Shown piece by piece: positions 51,904-64,000 of a DNA stretch of 64,000 bases; the first letter of the stretch is position 1, and every line of letters starts with the position of its first letter. This DNA comes from Lama glama (taxonomy: Eukaryota). The notes beneath the pieces are model-generated. The model was not told the DNA's origin, made no database searches, and saw only the letters and a program-made list of their open reading frames with translations. The stretch lies in contig CM052817.1 in assembly GCA_028534125.1 (NCBI GenBank), positions 89,282,001 to 89,346,000 on the forward strand, in the 5' to 3' direction. The translations under genes were made by a program, and so were the position numbers.

Positions 51904-52348
51904 TGCTGGGCTGCACCCTGCAGGCCTACAAGGCCTGTACTCGACCAACTTCAAGACTGAACAAAGAGCCTGGAGTCAGTGATAGAGACATTAACGTTTT
52001 AGTGGATAGAGGGGAACTTACATGTCTGAGGCAAGGTCCCGGAGCAACTCCCCACTGTGTGCTGTGGACGGCAGGCTGGACGTGGCAGCAGGCTTTGCTC
52101 CTGGGGCAGAGGGAGGTTAGCAGTTATAAGGGGAATTGATGTCAGGTTGGTTCATCAGTTCCCAAGGAAACCAGCAGAGGAGCACACCCTTCATCACCCC
52201 TTTGATGAAAACAATTACCAGCTGGGGCCTGGGGCTAGTATGTAAGAAGGTCAGTCCTGTGAGTAGGGAACAGGTGAAGCAGTCACTGGTTAAGCAGGGG
52301 ATGGACAGAGAGCAACAGAACAGCCATCTTGAGTGGCCTGACCATACA
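51904..52348 (-). mobile_element. ERV solo LTR (same family as 22578-23045, copy 2)
   Basis: Colinear homology along its full length; ends gccatcttgagtggcctgaccataca; flanks atgaa/ttgga are a poor TSD match. Confidence 0.85.
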
Positions 52349-53410
52349 TTGGATAAAACAAAGCCACTATTATCCAACTCAGTGCCCTGTACACATCCTG
52401 CAGGCAAGCGAGAATTGCTGAATATGATTTTGGACTCCACTATTAAAATAAAGTTTTAAATAAGAACATCCATTTCAGAGCCTTAAAAGGGGCAAATTTT
52501 AATGTAATAGAATGCTTCTAAGATAAACTAACAAGTTGTTACATTTGTTTCATGTTAAATTCAGCTTTTTCCCCCAGCTTCTTTTCCCCAAATGTTAATG
52601 TGTTCTCAAGGTTAAAATAGCTCTGTGATTTTTCAGGATTTTGTGCATTAAGTTGAAGCATCATTTACATACATACATACACACACAGAAACACACACAT
52701 ATCTTTTAATGTATATATAATTTAAAATTTATTTTAGGTGTAAAATAAAATTACATTATATTTCACTAAAAGCAGTTCAGGCATTACTAAAAAGTCAGGA
52801 TACTTACTTGTTTGTTTATTTATCACTCATTTTGGAGAACTGGACCTTCTCCAGCAAACTAAGAACACCATGTGTTTGGTTATTGTAAATGTTCTTTTAC
52901 AGAAGTCCAAAAATGCTACTTATTTTTATGTAGATGGAGTTCTTGTTATTACTTAACTCAAAATAAAATCTCAATTGCACCCCTCTAAAAATAAATTTGT
53001 TGTAAGAAATGATTAATCTCATGAATATGAAAGGTAAATTAAGAGCAGGAAACCATGCTGAAATAAATTCTGTTTCCAATTAAATAAATAATTTAGATAA
53101 GCCATTCTTTCTCAGAACTATGTTTGGACTTCAAATACATCTTAATTCCAAAAGGCCTATATTTTTAAATAATCCCACATAATTTTTCTGCAAAAATAAC
53201 TTCATATTATTTTTCCTAATTCAAGTTCTTAATTTGGCCCAACTCACAACTTGCTATTGGTGAAAGTTCAGTTTCCTTTATGTATTAGGGTCTCCTCCCC
53301 TTCTTTGGATCAGATAGAAATTTGAAGGGTTTATGTATTGCCAAAGTAGAGAAGTTGACCCAAGCCCTGTTGCATTGTGGTTCACATCCCCACTGCTCCT
53401 TCTTCCCATA

Positions 53411-53429
53411 GTGCTGCCGCCTAGTGGAG
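53411..53429 (-). promoter_or_regulatory. Candidate CTCF binding motif
   Basis: Minus strand reads CTCCACTAGGCGGCAGCAC, close to the CTCF core CCACYAGRKGGCAG, with its CpG retained. Confidence 0.55.
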
Positions 53430-55662
53430 GCTTTTCTTTTCCCATCTGGGACCCACTGATGCTCTGGCCAAGCTCAGAGAATAGGGCTGTGGATGGAGGG
53501 CAGACGCCCCACAGATTCTCCTGTTAATTTCTCTGGCTCTCACGTGCACAGACATCCCTCAGGCACATAAGCTCAACGAGGTAAGCTGGACATTTGCTAC
53601 TCTTAAACAAATGACATAAACAGGGAAAACAATCCGAAAACCCATTTACTCTTCAGTCTCAGTAAACTCTGTCATTTTGGATTAGCCCTCTATAACCTCC
53701 TGTTCTTAACCACTCTCTCTGCCCTTTCTTTCTAGTGCCTTTATCTTCTAAATCCAACAGAGGTCTTGGTGGGATAGAGTGTCTCTGAAGTGCCTTCTGA
53801 CATCTCATTTTTTTGCCCTGAACCATGATAGGTGTTAAAGGCTGCCTAAAGAAAGTAAGCCCAAATCAGAATCTTACAGATTGCAGAAACAAAAATAACT
53901 CTGCATTTTGCAAGTCTACCGCAACAGTAAGGACACAATACAAATAGTTAATAACTCAATAAATTGTCTTGCCATCTACCTTTTATTTTTCTTAAATCAT
54001 GCTGTCCTTTAGGAAAAATAATATAGCAAATAGTACAGCTAATGGTAGAACTGTTTCAATATAATGGAGAGAAATGAAGAAAATATAGTCTCTGGATTGA
54101 CTTGTAAGGACAATTTTCTTAATCATTGTTGCTTTCAACAGAAAGATAAAGACAATTCAGAGATGAAGGGAAAGGCTTTCGGCTCAAATGTATTGTCTTA
54201 CCTGGTTTCTGCCACTTGGGATATAACCATTAACACTATAGCACAACGACTGCAGGTGAAATAGGGGAGATTTTTGTTTATTTGGCTAGTGAATAATAGA
54301 TGCAATCATTGCTCACCCAACTTTTTGTGAAAGTGAACTCTTTCCCTACTATTAGAATGTCTAATAGTAGGTTAAGGGGAGCCACCAGAGAAAAAATAAT
54401 AATAACACGCAGATACAGTATGCCAGAAAGAGGAGAAGTAAAGAGAAGAATGAAATCAAACGAAAATAAAACAAACAGTCACAGCAAGACAAGCTTCTCC
54501 TCCCTCTGGAACCCAATGGGGCAGTTCTTATAAAAACAAATCTTGGACGTAAGCAGACAATTTTCTTTCTTACAATTCTAATTCCAGTATATTATTAGTT
54601 ACAAGCTCGGAAAGCTTTAGGGTAACTACACTTCTGTCATCTCAGAATTCTCTTTTGTCTTTTAGAAAATGAAGAGAGTAACATTCAAAAAGCCCTTTGG
54701 GATCTGCAGATGAAAGCATTATATAGCTATTAAGTGTTAACATAGGACATTTACATAAGCTTCTGTAAACATCCTGAAATTTGTTTAAAATGCTCTATTA
54801 CTTAAAATGAAAATGAAGAGGAAAAAAAATTTAAGCCTTAGTACAAATGGTAGTTTGGTTAGTTTTGAATTTGAATGCTGGACAGGCTATCAAAAATAAG
54901 GAATTTGCCAAAGATTTATAAAGGAACATGAGCTGCCTTAGAATTTATGAAAACTGTGTCTTACTTTCTGGAGATATTATGTATGTTATGCGACTGTTTT
55001 CTATCAAATGTTACCATCCAAATTGGATTTAAAGTATTTTCAACTTCAGTGAACTCTTACTTTATCTATACTCTGAATTTAGTTGCCCTGTTTCTGTTCT
55101 GAACACGGTATATTTATTTCAAAATTGAAAGAGCAGTTTTAACTGTCACCGTTATCTCTGTATCCCAAGAAGACCAACTGTGTAAGTTTCTGTTGAAGGC
55201 ATTGATGGGGAAATTAAATGGAGATTATTTTATGTTTTAGTCATCAGATTTAAAATTCCTTTATTTTTCCACTGAAATTTCGGTTCAGTTTTAAATGAGA
55301 GATCTACCATTTTCCAGCAAAACCAGCATTGAGAGGCCTCAGAGAATCCCTGGCTCTGACATCAAGGGAAGATGTGAGGGAAAAAAAAAAAGAAAAAAGA
55401 ATCCTAAGGTATGGTAATTACTTCTGGCCGAATGCACTCAGCACACTTAAACAATAAGGGTAAAGTCAATTCTTAAAGTGAGGATAAGAATAAGATGATC
55501 ATATATTATAAAGCTTATAAAATAGTGATGTTATTTTTCACACATCAAAAAATGCATCAAGATGTCTCCAGAATAAAATATTAACAATCAGCAACTGCTC
55601 TGTGGTTCAAAGACCTATATTTGATTTGCTTTTCTCAGTATGATCTTGCCTATAAAATTAAG

Positions 55663-55746
55663 CATGGGACAGTTACATTTCTTACTGATGAATCCAAGAC
55701 AATCCATGGGACAGTTACATTTCTTACTGATGAATCCAAGACAATC
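55663..55746. repeat. Perfect tandem duplication, 2 x 42 bp
   Basis: catgggacagttacatttcttactgatgaatccaagacaatc at 55663-55704 and 55705-55746. Confidence 0.95.
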
Positions 55747-56374
55747 ATCCATATCCTTCCTCTAAATAGCATCCTCTTTGAAAAGTGACCAGACTGAAAA
55801 ATGGGTTAAAGCCTCAATGGCCACAGGGCTCCGAAACCCAGACTCAAGCACATTATTCTTGCTTTAGAGAGTCCTCCTTGGCCATGTATGCACAGCTACC
55901 ATCCGGTCACCCCGGCTGTCTTAGGAACAGCCTCTCTGCAGTTACACATCTTTAAATTCATGAAGCCTCCTGGCTCATGTGCATCAACACCATGTGTGGA
56001 AGTGTCACCACAGACAAACACCTCAACTGGCAAAAATGAGCTCAGCCACAGATTAGCTCTATAGCACCAAGAAAATAGCCTATCTGGTCTTTGGTTCTGC
56101 ACATATAAAATGATTAGTTTGTACAAAGATCAGTGGTTTCCCAAATCAGCTATGCTTCAGTATTACTTGAAAAGATTCTTGGACGTAACCCATATTATCA
56201 TTATGGAAACCACCTGACTACAGGGCGCAGAAATGTGTGTTCTCTAGGAGTGACAAAAGTAAGCTTTGGACTCACATTTGATAACCAGGAGACTAGATGA
56301 CACCAGAAGTCTCTTTGATTTCAATAATACTGAGTCCAAAAATACCAAAGAAATAACAGAACAGCTATGCTCTC

Positions 56375-56605
56375 CTAAATTTATCCATCTTTATACATCT
56401 TCTCACTGGTTTTTGCCAGGTGCCATTCCATACATAATATTAGTTGGTTTATGTATAGTATTTTATTTAATTAATTCTGCCACCTGATAGGACAATGTTT
56501 TTTCATTTGACAGATGACAAAACCATGGCCTACTTACCAGATTCATTTGGCAAAGGGCAGCACTGCCAGTATCTAACCCCGGGGCTGTCTGACTGTAAGA
56601 CTGTG
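56375..56605 (-). mobile_element. MIR fragment
   Basis: 'catttgacagatgacaaaacc...ctaaccccggggctgtctgact'. Confidence 0.65.
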
Positions 56606-57246
56606 TCATCATTGCCGCCACCGTCGCTGTTATTACTGCTATTATTATTGTTACACTGCACTGTCTCTAGTTGGCTATAACACATGATGAATGAAATTAC
56701 TGGGGTAGAAAATAGCACTGTATAGATTATCAAAATGTCACTCTCAAAATGCCTACAACAAATAAATAAACGTCTTAAGAAAATAAAGGAAGGAATAAAG
56801 AATATAAGAAGGGAGGAAGGAAGGGAAAAAGTGGTTTATTGATACCTGTAAAAACTTGATATGATTTGTCTTCCTGAAAATTCAGTTTAACCCAACAATG
56901 TCAATGCTTCCCAAAACATTTCGTTGTCAATTCATAAAATATTTAAGACTATTAAGATAAAATCAATGAAGTATAATTTAAATAAGGAATACAACAAAAT
57001 TCTGAGCAAAAGGTAATTCGGCCAACTGCAATAAGTATTAAAAGCACATTAATGTTCCCGATTTTTTCAGGAAGGTCAGATGTGGAGAACTGTGATAGGT
57101 CCCAGGCTCAAAATGGTAAACAACAGAGTCCCTTCTATCAAGGACCCTGAACTGTAGAGTTAGGGGCAAATAAACAGGCTAATAGTAGCAGTACTGTGTG
57201 GCAGATGCACTGGTAAAGAACAGATAGAAACAGCCACGGGAAGGAT

Positions 57247-57638
57247 GTAACAAGGATTCTCACTTATTCTCACTGCTGACAACTTTGAAGGGACACCCCT
57301 CTGTCTTTGCTTTCTGCCCTGCAGCTGCACAAGCTGAAAGAAAACTTAGATGCTCCCTACTTTAGTGCCAATGGAGGATTCAAAGTACACAAGCCCCTGC
57401 ATGCACACTCCTTTAAGGTCATAAAGCATGAGAACTCTCATCAGCCCACACCTTCAGCACAGTAAAAACCCCCAGCCAGTCTCCTTTTCTTACTTGTTCA
57501 AGACATTCTTAGCCCAGTTTGGAGACCTTCCCTACTTGTCCCAGAGAAGCCTTTTTGGGTAAATGATAACCTTTTTATGCCTTCTTAGCATGTGTGCTGT
57601 CATCTTGGAGCCAACTTGTCTTTGTAGGATATCCCACA
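57247..57638 (+). mobile_element. ERVL-class solo LTR (MER54/MER73/MER74 group)
   Basis: TGTAA...CACA ends; 'ggattctcactt...gctgacaacttt...caagctga' and 'taaaaacccccagccagtctcc' resemble recalled consensus. Confidence 0.6.
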
Positions 57639-59028
57639 CAAAGATATAGGAAGGGCTATGTGCCCAGAGCAGGCTACTCAATTTATTACATGAAAATAAT
57701 ATAGATAAGACTAATGTTACAGTATTTTTTTGTCTGGAAGCTTGTTTCAATGAAAAATAACCTAAGAACAGATATTGGAATACTCCATTTTTTTACTTTA
57801 CAGAGAAACACACACACACACACACATCTAATAAGAAGAAAACTGGGACAGCATTGGATGTTAGACAATGAACCCAACCCCCACATTTGGTACAGTGAAG
57901 ATTTCTGGCAGTAAAGGTTGCAGGTACAAGCAGAATAAGAATATGCACTGGCCTATTATTGTGCAGCATTGCACAGAGCAACTTGAAAGAATAACATTTT
58001 TCTCTCTCACACTCTCCAGCCCCCAACCAATTGCCATGCAATCCCGTAAATGAAGGGAAGTATGGTTTGCTCAATATTTTAATCGGACTGATGAGCATGA
58101 AGGAAAAAAATAATTACAGAGGATGTGAAAATGCTCGAATATTCAATCCAAAGTAAATAGCTAGTTTAGAACAAAGATTCCAGGCATGATTAATTTTTAT
58201 TTGATAGTTTATGTTTGGCCTTTTTATTTTTACTTATAAACTAAACAGTAAGATAGTATTTTTCTCAGCATCTTCCCTCAGCTCCCCTCATAAGATTCTC
58301 AGTTTATGTATTTGATCTTGAGGAAAGTACATTAACTAAGAAGTAATAGTTCACAGAGAAGGTTTCAATTTTTTGTCTTAAGCCAGGGATCAGTGCCCTG
58401 AGGGAACCAGTCTAAATCTATTGGAGTGTTTTTAACTGCTGTGGTTTAGGTTTATTAGTGTATTTGTTCATTATCACAGCTGTATAATTCCACGATTGCA
58501 ATCTTTTCTCCTTCTACTGTTTAAAATACTAAGTAATGGTAACTAAAAGATACATTTGAACTTGTTACATTAGGGTACACAGTATCTCATTTAAATGTTA
58601 TCATATGCCTTTTATTTCATACACCTCACTCCTATGAAAAGCAGAGTATCTGCCTGTCACACAGAAGAAGACTTTTATAACTAGCTCTCTAGGTATAGTT
58701 GAGGTAGTGAGGTATACAATTTGCAAGATAACCACAGTACAAATGAGATTTTTAATGCTTCAATTCTTCATGTTAATGTAAATAGTATCATCAGTTCATA
58801 TATTTCTCTTAAACTCTATACTTATTCACAAATACATATGCTTCATAGATAATTCATACTTAAAAGTCCTAAATTGATGTATTTATTACATGAAACCTAC
58901 TTATTAAATTGCATTGCATTTCTGATCTCACTTATTCCTCTTGGTCTCCAGGTTAGAAACTCCTGACTAATGTTTGACATTTCTCCCCCTTCAGCCCCAC
59001 ACCCAATCTGTTATCAAATCCTTTCTAT

Positions 59029-59029
59029 C

Positions 59030-59072
<43 letters not shown>

Positions 59073-59095
59073 TATGGATTATTGTTTTCAGATGC
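59029..59095. repeat. Compound (TA)n(CA)n microsatellite
   Basis: tatatatatatatatatacacacacacacacacacacacacata. Confidence 0.95.
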
Positions 59096-59489
59096 TTGTG
59101 TCCTCATTATCATTGGCAATATTTTTAGAACTGAATTATTACAATAGTATCTAAGTGATATCACCTTCATTCTCCTCATGCTAGTTCACCATTCTGTGTC
59201 TTTACTACCTGTCTGCTCAAAACACATATAACTCAGTTGCAAAATCCAGCAGTGTTTTCACATTTTCACTAAAAGCTGAAATTAGTAGTACAGAAGAAGT
59301 TAATGTAATGCAGCGTGGCATACTGCATCTGACCTCTATACCTCTGCAAATTCTGTGTTTAGATTATTCTGTCTTCTACTTTGTATCACCCCAGGGATGG
59401 ACTGCTCAAGTTCACATTGAAAAATTAAGTCAGATGCTCTAGAAAACCTTCAATTTTTTTTTTTTTTTGGCAGTGACTTGCAGTTATTT

Positions 59490-59960
59490 CCTCCTTCCAT
59501 AGAAATGCAGCCTTTTGGGTTTTTTTTAAGCCAGGCACATACTTGATATAGATAGTATATGTCCTACCAGACATCTTTGAAGCTAATAGTTCATAGATGA
59601 ACTTTGGGACTATGAAATATAAACTAAAGTGTCATATGGAAGCTTCAGGGAGCCTTTCTTTCAAGATGATTGATGCACTCTCATTGACCCTTCAGGCTTC
59701 TTGATCAGTAGGCTGTTGGCACAAGAATGGGGATTACTGGTACTCTAGCAAAGACCTGGGATGAAGGAAAAGTATTGTGCTTTGCAATGAAGAGGTGAAA
59801 TGAGCCCAGAGCTCTGAGGGAGACAGAGCCAACACACTAGCCTTGGACTCTCTTATCTCCAGGCTTCTATTAATGTGAGACCAAAAAATAAATATTTTTC
59901 TCATGTAATACGCTGATAATTTTGGGGGCTCTGTTACCTGCCGCTGAACTTAATATTAGG
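59490..59960 (+). mobile_element. MaLR LTR (MLT1-like) remnant
   Basis: 3' end 'ctccaggcttctattaatgtgagac...aataaat...ctctgttacctgccgctgaact' is typical of MLT1. Confidence 0.6.
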
Positions 59961-62422
59961 ATGCACTCCTCGATTCCAAATTGTTGAACTGATCTACTCA
60001 ACATTCCTATTACCATTTCACATTCACTGATTACAATGTATTGCCTTGTATTGCAAATATTTTTTATATGATTTTCTTCTGGTCTATATGCTGAAAATAT
60101 GATGAGAAGTTGAAGATCTTTTTAATAATTAACATTTTATTTATTTAGTGTTTATTAAAGTGTATTTCTTCATTTAAGTATTTATTGAATGTTAGACACC
60201 ACAATAAATATGAGGGATAAAGAGATGAATATTATATAGCCTTCCTTTTTTATTATTGTCTAGCACAATCCCTTATAAATGAAAGGTGTCAAGAAATCTT
60301 TATTACATGAATAATCATATGCACTCCTCAAAGGCCTGTGATGTTGGGTAGTGTAACTTATTTATACTTTGCTAGAGGCTTCTTAGTTAGTAGAACACTG
60401 TGAAAGGGCATCTTAACCAAATTAATGTACCCTTGACCCACAACTCAAAATCAGAAAATGAAAACAATTTAGCCATTTGTACTACTGTCCAAATCTGGTT
60501 TTAAAACAGTATGCAAATATTAGGCAAATTTAACTATAATCACTATGATATGTTTCCAAAACAAATAGTACAAAATGTAAAATAAGCATTCATATAAAGT
60601 TTATATTGATATATCACTGTTCTGATTTCAGTTTCAAGGAAAGCAGTATGAAGACCTAAATGATAGTCTGATAAAAATGTTCAAAGTTCTTGTCAACATG
60701 CCTATTAGTATAGTTAAGACAATTTTTAAAATTCTTTTCTGTGGAGAGTCTTTCATACAATTTTTACCTTAGAATATATCCTTTATAAACTACATTTTGT
60801 TACATTTTTTTCACAGTAAGTATATTCTCATTTAACAAAATTCCATTGGTTCTCTATCAAAGATTGGACACTTGTGAGAGAGCCAGGTTTAAGTTAAAAA
60901 GATGCTAAGCTGGTATGATTTCATGTACCTAGACAAGGTGCTTCTGAATGTTTCTGACTTAAAAGATAAGCTAACAAAGTTCTTTTATAATGAAAATATA
61001 AATTTAAAAAGATCACTATATAAAATGATGACTAGGTTGTTAGTTAATTAGTGGAATATAAGTGATACAAATTTGCAGTCTAATAGTTAGGTCTTTTCTT
61101 TATATATATATTTAAGTGCAGGTAAACTGCAAGAAAGAAGATGTAACTAGTTCACTGAAGCAAGAATCCTTTGAGCAGCAAGTAAGTAGCAAAAGCACAC
61201 TGGAAATGGAACAAGAGTGTTCCATGAGTCCATGAGTGGAAAAGGAAGTCCTTAGAAGGTTAAAAAGAAAAAAAGTCTACTCCGAACAAACAAGCAAATT
61301 CACAGCTATGCTGAGACTTGTATCAGCTTTCTTCTTTGCATTCTTTGCTATAGAGAGGGCTATTTTTCATTTTGAAAACCTGATTAAATATTGTAGATTA
61401 TTATTAGTACCATACACATAGAATTATACAAATAACCTTTATGTACATGATCTACATTATCTCATTTGAGTCTCTTCACAACCTAAGCAAGTCCATTTAC
61501 AATCTTGAAGTCAAAATCAAGGTTAATGATTTAACCTCCATTTTACATAAGTAAATTACAAAGATGTTAATAAACACTGATCACACATTTTATAATTATT
61601 GACTCACTAAACATTGTTATTAAGATCATACTATCATATCCAACCTTTAAAAAGAAATTTAATTATTAAGTGCAATTGAGGGTCACTCTGAAACATCCTA
61701 ATGTTGGGATAAGTCCAAAATGTCACAATAATTCAGATGTCTGAGGAGAGGTTTATGGAAAAAAGCAGTTACAAGGGCATACATGTAAATGAAGTATCAG
61801 TGAAAATGAGTTAATGAAGCGAAAATGCTCACTTTTAAAGATGTAAAAGCACAATGAAAAGAAATATACTTTCATAAAGTAGAGGGGGTGAGATAAGGAG
61901 TGGGCTGAAATGTGAGAAGAGCTGTAGGAGGAAAAAAGTAGAAGATATTTTTAAAATAAAAGATGCTTGAACTTGATGTAAAGGCAGGGAGAAATGTAAT
62001 GTGAGATGTGAAATTTTAGATGCTGAAAATCTCAGCCCGTTTATCAACCAGGTACCACTCTGTTAGCAGTAGAACTGGCATTTGCTAGCTTTCTTCTCAA
62101 AAATTAAAATATTTTGTTTTTTTTTTTATAATCATGATTTAGAGCTGAGTGAGAGCATTTATAACCAAACAGAATTGTTTCAACCATTTCTCCGTATTTT
62201 ATTTTGAATAAAATTCACTTTTCATGAACATCTTCCATAAGTATATTAATTCTTTTATGACTTAGTGGTTTTGTCATGGGAATAGAAACCCTGATCATAT
62301 CATAAACATTGCTGATTTCTGAGCAGTTTACTGTCATTGAAATGGATAGATTCCAACATCACAACTTTAAACTCTGAGAAAAAATTACTATCTAATGCAA
62401 AGCTCATTAATAGAGCATAACT

Positions 62423-64000
62423 GGAGAGAGGACTTCAAGATGGCAGCATAGGAAGACTCTAAACTCACTCCCATCCATAGACACAACAAATTTACAGCTA
62501 TATACAGAATAATTTTCTTCTGGAAAGGACCTAAGAACTAGACGAACAGCAACTCTATAACAACAACAACACAACAACAACACAGAAGAGATGCACTGAG
62601 AAGGGTAGGAGAGGCAGAAATATGGCCTTGCTTAGGACACCAGCCCAGACACGATGACCCCACAATTGGGAGGGATTCCAAAAATACAGAACTCTCCCTA
62701 GTGGAGTGATAGGAGTGAGCCTCACATTAGGCACCCCACCCCTGGGAGCTGGCACCAAAAAGACAAGACCCCAAAACTTCTGGTTTTGACAATCAATGGG
62801 GATTAAGAGCAGGAGATTTATAGAAAATGGGGTAAATGGAGATCTGCTGTTAAAGAGCTTGCAGGCAGAACTTTTGCCCTGAGATCCAGTGCAAAAGCAA
62901 CAGATTGAAAAATGCCTAGGCAATAAGTGATTTTATTTTAAAGCAGCAGCCAAGAGGTAGGAACCTGCAGGGACTTTATCTGGAGATGGAAGTGTTGGCA
63001 ATGACATTTTTGCAGGATGCTAGCCTGCTGGGGACAGAGCTGAGGGGTGCTGTTTGGGGGGCCCTTTCTCTAGCTTATTAGCACTGGAGGTCAGGCTCTG
63101 ACCACCCATATTGTTATTGGCCCAAGTGAGAACCCTGTGCCACACTCACCCCAAGAAGCCCTGGAATCACAACCGGCCCAGGCAGTGCTCCAAGCCCTGC
63201 CTTCCCCACATATTGGACAAGCCACAGCCAAAATATGTAAGTACATTGAGTCTTGTCCTCCCTGCACAGCAGCCAGCCCACAACCAGACCAGGAGAGCAT
63301 CCTGAACTCCACCCTCGCTGTGCAGCAGCTGTGGCCCTATTACATCTGGCACAGCACACATTCCACACAAAGGACACGCATAGAGTACCTGGGTCTGGTG
63401 ATCAGGCGAAATTGTACTTTTTGGCCACACGGTACAGCACCTCCACAAGAATCTTTATTTAAGAATGATGGAGGTAGCTGTTTCACCTAATATATGTAGA
63501 GAAACAGAGAGATAGGTAAAATGAAGATGAATATGTTCCAAACCAAAGAATGAGCCAAATCTCCAGAAAAAGAATTTAATGAAATGGAGATAACCAACCT
63601 ACCTGATAAAGAGTTCAAAGTAATGGTCATAAAGATGCTCACTGATCTGGGGAGAAGAATAGAGGAACGCACCAAAAACTTCAACAAAAAGGTAGAAAAT
63701 AGAAGACAGAACCAAACAGAAGTTATAACTAAACTGAAAAAATATACTAGAGGGGATCAATAGCACAGTGAATGAAATGGAAGCATGAATCAATGAGCTA
63801 GAAGACAAAGCAATGGAAAATGTTCAGACAGAGAAGATAAATTTAAAAAGAATATTAAAAATTAAAGATACTTTCAGGGACCTTTGTGACAACATCAAGT
63901 GCTGTAACATTTAGATTATAGGGGTCCCAGAGGAGAAGAGAGATAGAGAAAGGACCAGAAAAATTATTTGAAGAAATAATGTCTGAAAACCTCCATACTC
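62423..64000 (+). mobile_element. 5' part of a long L1: 5' UTR and degenerate ORF1, running off the window
   Basis: Starts ggagagaggacttcAAGATGGC (YY1), followed by about 1.1 kb of UTR. ORF1-like EKEFNEMEITNLPDKEFKVMVIKML from about 63520, with stops and frameshifts. Confidence 0.9.

Noticed and set aside
22578..52348. One provirus bounded by the two LTRs
   Set aside because: Copy 1 has its own TSD, the copies are visibly diverged, 29 kb is too long, and no gag/pol/env remnants lie between them.
52808..52858. 51-nt minus-strand exon (ttcttag|...CAA|GTAAGT)
   Set aside because: The donor is good but the pyrimidine tract is weak, and there is no coding signal or supporting neighbouring exon.
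62555..63490. Cluster of 64-122 aa ORFs on both strands
   Set aside because: They lie in the GC-richer L1 5' UTR, where stop-poor frames are expected; I cannot support an ORF0-like product.

Overview
AT-rich mammalian genomic DNA, most likely from a camelid: it carries tRNA-derived Vic-1-type SINEs and camelid-type L1 3' ends. The window is dominated by transposable-element fossils (ancient and recent L1, L2, MIR, ERV/MaLR LTRs, a Tigger1 derivative) and has one 500-N assembly gap. I see no intact protein-coding gene; most track ORFs are chance ORFs or L1 fragments. The main non-repeat structure is a CpG-island promoter at about 20.5-20.8 kb facing the minus strand. Downstream of it is a series of minus-strand segments with good splice signals (about 9.2, 7.8-8.3, 6.6, 5.7-6.4 and 1.6-2.0 kb). 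Read with frameshifts, their translations recall, in the correct order, motifs of ZNF862/C17orf113-type hAT-transposase-derived proteins. I interpret this as a decayed, intron-containing domesticated-transposase gene (unitary pseudogene, possibly now a lncRNA). That call rests on by-eye comparison with remembered protein sequences and needs a profile search. A second notable element is a 386-bp L1 made only of the 5' and 3' ends inside one TSD, with a junction that looks like a splice junction. Repeat family names come from recalled consensus sequences, and boundaries of old repeats are approximate.
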